A DNA stretch of 63,697 bases, filler included, from Octopus bimaculoides (taxonomy: Eukaryota): assembly GCF_001194135.2 (NCBI RefSeq). It is 4 parts of 4 records of this genome, joined end to end, with 100 filler letters (N's around TTAATTAATTAA, not from the genome) between each part and the next. Parts side by side here need not be neighbours in the genome. Positions count along the whole stretch, not along the records: positions 61,926 to 63,697 come from NC_068981.1; 3 more parts are not named here. One strand, given 5' to 3'. The notes beneath the pieces were generated by a model. It saw nothing but the letters and a program-made list of their open reading frames with translations. It had not been told where the DNA came from and searched no databases. Positions within the stretch are counted from its first letter, which is position 1. Each line of letters begins with the position of its first letter. Below, piece after piece: positions 62,275 through 63,697 of this stretch. The position numbers and the translations under genes were made by a program.

Positions 62275-62460
62275 GTTATTGTTGTTTAGCACCAGGTCAG
62301 CTCCGAAGAAGCAAACATATGATCATTTCAGTCATGACTAACCTGATTTTTATTCTTATCTACTGAAAACCTAAGATAACACGTAACTTGTCCTTTTCTA
62401 AAAAAAAATGTAGGTTATGATTTCTGTGAAATTTGGCTGCTATTTCTAGTAGACTGGATG
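62275..62460. repeat. Family-G old repeat copy
   Basis: GTTGTTTAGCACCAGGTCAGC...ATATGATCA...TTTGGCTGCTATTTCTAG. Confidence 0.6.
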
Positions 62461-63396
62461 TTTATGCATGCACAGGCATCCTCCTGTTTCTTCAAAGTGC
62501 TATCATGAAAAAAAAAAGCAAAATATTGTTTTGCAATAAGCAAGTATTTTGGTTGAGGTTTGTTGTGTGTTTTTCATTAGCGTTGTTGGTTTTATTATCT
62601 TTATTATTTTATTTTAAAATAAGGAATAACAGTCTTGGAACAAACACAGACTGGGAACAGAGAGCTTGAACAGAAAAGAAAGCTAGGAAAGCGAGAATAT
62701 AAACACTCAATCGCCAAATGAATAATTCAAAAGACCCACAGAGTAAATACAACTAAAATTACTATAACACAGACAGGCACATAAATACATGGATAAAGGA
62801 AGGAAGGAAGGAAGGAAGGAAATACCATAACATTTCTCCAGTTTAAGGCTGCTCTTTTTGCAGAATCACGCGGAGAGGAAAGTGACGCGAAAAGAAAACA
62901 AACGATTTCTTTAGATTCCCGAAGTATTGTCAACTTAGCGACCGAACAACAAACCAACACACACACACACTCACGCACGTACGCATGAGCATGTCCCTAC
63001 CATAGTCATATACCCACAGCCTACCTCCCAGCATTAAGTGTTTGGTTATATTATTGCTCTCTGTATTTCTCTTTGCAGCGCCTGTCGAATATTTGACGAA
63101 CGATAATGTTTTTATTAGATTCTGCATTAAGTGAAAATAAAACAACCTTATACACCAGATTTGTTTTGCTTTTCACGAAAGTCAATGAAAATCCTTTTCT
63201 CGCTGTTGCCATTCCAATATTGTTTCATTTCCTCAATGTACAGCTTTGTACCAATCTAAGATAGTGATAGTATTTCGCCATTGCGTTGATGGACTGTAGA
63301 TTGGCAGAATCTGTAGAATAATGAGTAGAAAATGTCTTTGTAGTATTGAATGCGTTTTTCTGAATTTTCTTTTTGCTTTATGGTTACCGTTTAAGT

Positions 63397-63697
63397 GTGG
63401 AGGCGCAATGGCCCAGTGGTTAGGGCAACGGACACGCGGTCATAGGATCGCGGTTTCGATTCCCAGACCGGGCGTTGTGAGTGTTTATTGAGCGAAGACA
63501 CCTAAAACTCCACGAGGCTCCGGCAAGGGATGGTGGCGAACCCTGCTGTACTCTTTCACCACAACTTCCTCTCACTCTTACTTCCTGTTTCTGTTGTGCC
63601 TGTAATTCAAAGGGTCAGCCTTGACACACTGTGTCACGCTGAATATCCCCGAGAACTACGTTAAGGGTACACGTGTCTGTGGAGTGTTCAGCCACTT
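63397..63697 (+). mobile_element. Family-C SINE, cut by the window end
   Basis: Near-identical to 23354-23745. Confidence 0.93.

Overview
AT-rich eukaryotic (animal) genomic DNA, almost entirely interspersed repeats and microsatellites. The SINE families and (TA)n/(CA)n/(GAT)n content match what I recall of octopus genomes; this taxon call is an inference from memory, not a database hit. I can support no complete host protein-coding gene, rRNA, true tRNA or CRISPR array, and nearly all ORF-track entries are microsatellite, SINE or N-gap artefacts. Recognisable content: about 30 tRNA-derived SINE copies in four head types (my working labels A-D) with exchanged 3' modules; decayed LINEs (R4/Dong-like, RTE, CR1/L2-like); a Penelope-like element (RT plus GIY-YIG); two mariner relics; a Buster/ZBED-type hAT transposase relic; and TTAA-flanked MITEs. 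Three 44N-TTAATTAATTAA-44N linkers split the window into four joined pieces whose adjacency is not guaranteed. Best leads: (1) several minimal type I hammerhead-like motifs, one at the 3' end of the Penelope element; (2) a highly structured ~345-bp tandem monomer found again in permuted order 30 kb away; (3) an ~18-bp site repeated four times between different SINE subfamily copies; (4) isolated near-perfect 16-27 bp hairpins; (5) two short exon candidates with strong splice sites and a Kozak ATG that could encode a small secreted peptide.
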